Part shown: positions 26,332 to 27,976 of the stretch, one piece after another
How positions within the stretch are numbered: the stretch's first letter is position 1
Layout: every line of letters begins with the position of its first letter
Assembly: GCA_041694815.1 (NCBI GenBank)
Contig: JBGFSC010000040.1
Coordinates: forward strand, 1 to 27,976
DNA from: Elusimicrobiota bacterium
Lineage (GTDB): Bacteria; Elusimicrobiota; Elusimicrobia; UBA1565; JACRDR01
Length of the DNA stretch: 27,976 bases
Direction: 5' to 3'
Notes under the pieces: model-generated
Seen by the model: only the letters and a program-made list of their open reading frames with translations
What the model was told of the DNA's origin: nothing
Database searches by the model: none
Position numbers and translations under genes: made by a program

Positions 26332-27249
26332 GTGGATCCGGTCACCCACACCCTCGCGGGCGTCTGTTTGGGCGAGGCCTTCTTCCGTGACCGCTTGGGT
26401 TCCCGCGCTGTCGCCGTGTCGGCCATCGCCGCCAATCTTCCCGATATCGACGGGATAGTCCATGCCACTGGTTCCGCCTCGGCCGTGCTTCTGCGACGCA
26501 GCTTCGGCCACTCGCTCTTCCTTTTGCCCTTATGGGCGTTCGGCCTAGCCTGGGCGCTTAAGCGCTGGAAGTATCCCGATCTCGCGATCCCGACGCTCCT
26601 GGCGCCCATCGCCGTGGGGGCGGCGTCGCATTTATTACTGGACCTGATCAACTCCTTCGGCGTGGTCCTTCTTTGGCCCTTGAGCGAGTGGCGGCCCGAG
26701 CTGGCGATCGCCTTCATTATCGACCTGTTCCTAACGGGGCTGCTGGCCCTACCCTTGCTGCGGCGCTGGTGGCCTGGCCCATTTAGGGACGGCTCCCGCA
26801 TCGCCCGCTTGGCCTTGGCTGCCGCCGGAGGCTACCTGATCCTCTGCGGCATAAGCCGCTCGCGCGCCATGGATATGCTCGCAAGAGAGGGACCGGCCGA
26901 TTTCGCCTACGCCTTCCCCGAGCCCCTAGGACCCCACCGCTGGCGCGGAGTGTTGCGGCAAGGAGGAAAGTACCGGGTCTATCTGCTTCGCCCCTGGAGC
27001 GAAACGGCCGAGCTACGCCGCGAGATCCCGGCGGCGCACGAGCGCGTCTGGCTCGCCCGCGCGACGCCCTTGGGCCGGAAGTTGGACTGGTTTTTCAAGG
27101 CCCCGGTTTGGTCTGTCGACGGAAACGAGTTTCTCGCCTACGACCTCCGGTTCTCCTCTCTGGTGCTCGAGCGCCCTCCCGTCTTCTCCTTCCGCCTGCG
27201 CCTGACGGCGGAGGGCGCCGTCTCGTTGGTCAAGGACCGATTGCTGTGA
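26332..27249 (+). CDS. Membrane metal-dependent hydrolase (YdjM/DUF457-like)
   Basis: MDPVTHTL, ANLPDID, RRSFGHSL, SHLLLDL...FGV. Confidence 0.85.
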   Translation: MDPVTHTLAGVCLGEAFFRDRLGSRAVAVSAIAANLPDIDGIVHATGSASAVLLRRSFGHSLFLLPLWAFGLAWALKRWKYPDLAIPTLLAPIAVGAASHLLLDLINSFGVVLLWPLSEWRPELAIAFIIDLFLTGLLALPLLRRWWPGPFRDGSRIARLALAAAGGYLILCGISRSRAMDMLAREGPADFAYAFPEPLGPHRWRGVLRQGGKYRVYLLRPWSETAELRREIPAAHERVWLARATPLGRKLDWFFKAPVWSVDGNEFLAYDLRFSSLVLERPPVFSFRLRLTAEGAVSLVKDRLL

Positions 27250-27854
27250 GAGACGACCCCCAGCGCTTCGCCACCTTCGTCGTCGGGACCTTCATGCTGG
27301 TCTTCTACGGAGTCGTCGCATTCCAGACAGTCCGAGTCTGGAAGGGCATCGGGCGCTGCCCCATCCTATGGGGCGACGATCGGCGCGAGCGGTTGCGCGC
27401 CTTGGCGGGGTTCACCTGGCCCTTGATTGTGCTGGCGTGGGCCCATTGCCCCGAGTGCTTCCGTTTCCTGCCATCCCTCCGTATCCTCGAGAATTGGCCC
27501 GTCCGCCTGCTCGGGGTGCTCTGCTTGTCAGCGGGCGCCGCCCTACAGGCCACCGCCTACGCTGAGTTGGGCCATCATTGGCGCATCGGCGTCGATCCCT
27601 CGCAGCCTCCACACCTGGTCCGTACGGGCATCTACGCCTCGGTGCGACACCCCGTATTCACGGCGTTATGGCTCATGTCCCTGGGAATATTCCTCTTGGC
27701 CCCGAATATCCTATTCGCCGTGCTCTGGGCGCTGGGCGGATCGATCTTGGCCGTTCAGGCTGAACACGAGGAGCGCTTCCTGGAGCGGACCCTGGGGGAC
27801 GGCTACCGGCGCTACAAGGCCTCGACCGGCAAATTCTTCCCTTTGGTGTACTGA
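27246..27854 (+). CDS. Isoprenylcysteine carboxylmethyltransferase/PEMT family membrane protein
   Basis: LGHHWRIG, LVRTGIYASVRHP, EERFL...Y..Y; GTGA overlap with the upstream gene. Confidence 0.88.
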   Translation: MRDDPQRFATFVVGTFMLVFYGVVAFQTVRVWKGIGRCPILWGDDRRERLRALAGFTWPLIVLAWAHCPECFRFLPSLRILENWPVRLLGVLCLSAGAALQATAYAELGHHWRIGVDPSQPPHLVRTGIYASVRHPVFTALWLMSLGIFLLAPNILFAVLWALGGSILAVQAEHEERFLERTLGDGYRRYKASTGKFFPLVY

Positions 27855-27858
27855 CTCC

Positions 27859-27976
27859 TGTCAAACGAGAATAGAAATGTCCGGTAGTTAAGGAGAATAG
27901 AAACGTCCTGATGTTTGGGGTGAGTGAGAAGATCGTCGTCGGCAGTTCCTTTCTTTTTTGCTTCTTTTTTCTTTGT
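27859..27976. mobile_element. End of an IS1202/ISNCY-like insertion sequence (truncated by window end)
   Basis: Begins TGTCA, then two subterminal repeats GAGAATAGAAAYGTCC (27867, 27893); abrupt drop in GC. Confidence 0.7.

Noticed and set aside
1..27976. Whole window as a composite transposon
   Set aside because: The two ends are from different IS families and the cargo is housekeeping; more likely assembly breaks at repeats.

Overview
A GC-rich diderm bacterial chromosomal segment (tentatively Elusimicrobiota-like; this is a guess, not shown by the sequence). It starts inside an IS4-family element and ends inside an IS1202/ISNCY-like element. Core genes: a HEAT-repeat protein-exbB-exbD-tonB-deacetylase-prfB operon, secA-lnt, a MurC-like ligase, rhodanese, tal, and a hom-thrC-thrB-lysC operon followed by two membrane proteins. 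Lower-GC accessory blocks carry many signal-peptide proteins (WD40, three SAM-methyltransferase-fold proteins, small hypotheticals) and three toxin-antitoxin-like pairs. Main observations: (1) a 16-bp operator TAGGNC-N4-GNCCTA arrayed at 22-24 bp in four intergenic regions, lying 37-38 bp before the -10 box of three secreted-protein genes; (2) pervasive leaderless promoter architecture (-10 box, 6 nt, start codon); (3) a receptor-less ExbBD-TonB operon led by an internally duplicated HEAT protein with an internal TonB-box-like motif; (4) a DnaA-box cluster upstream of secA.
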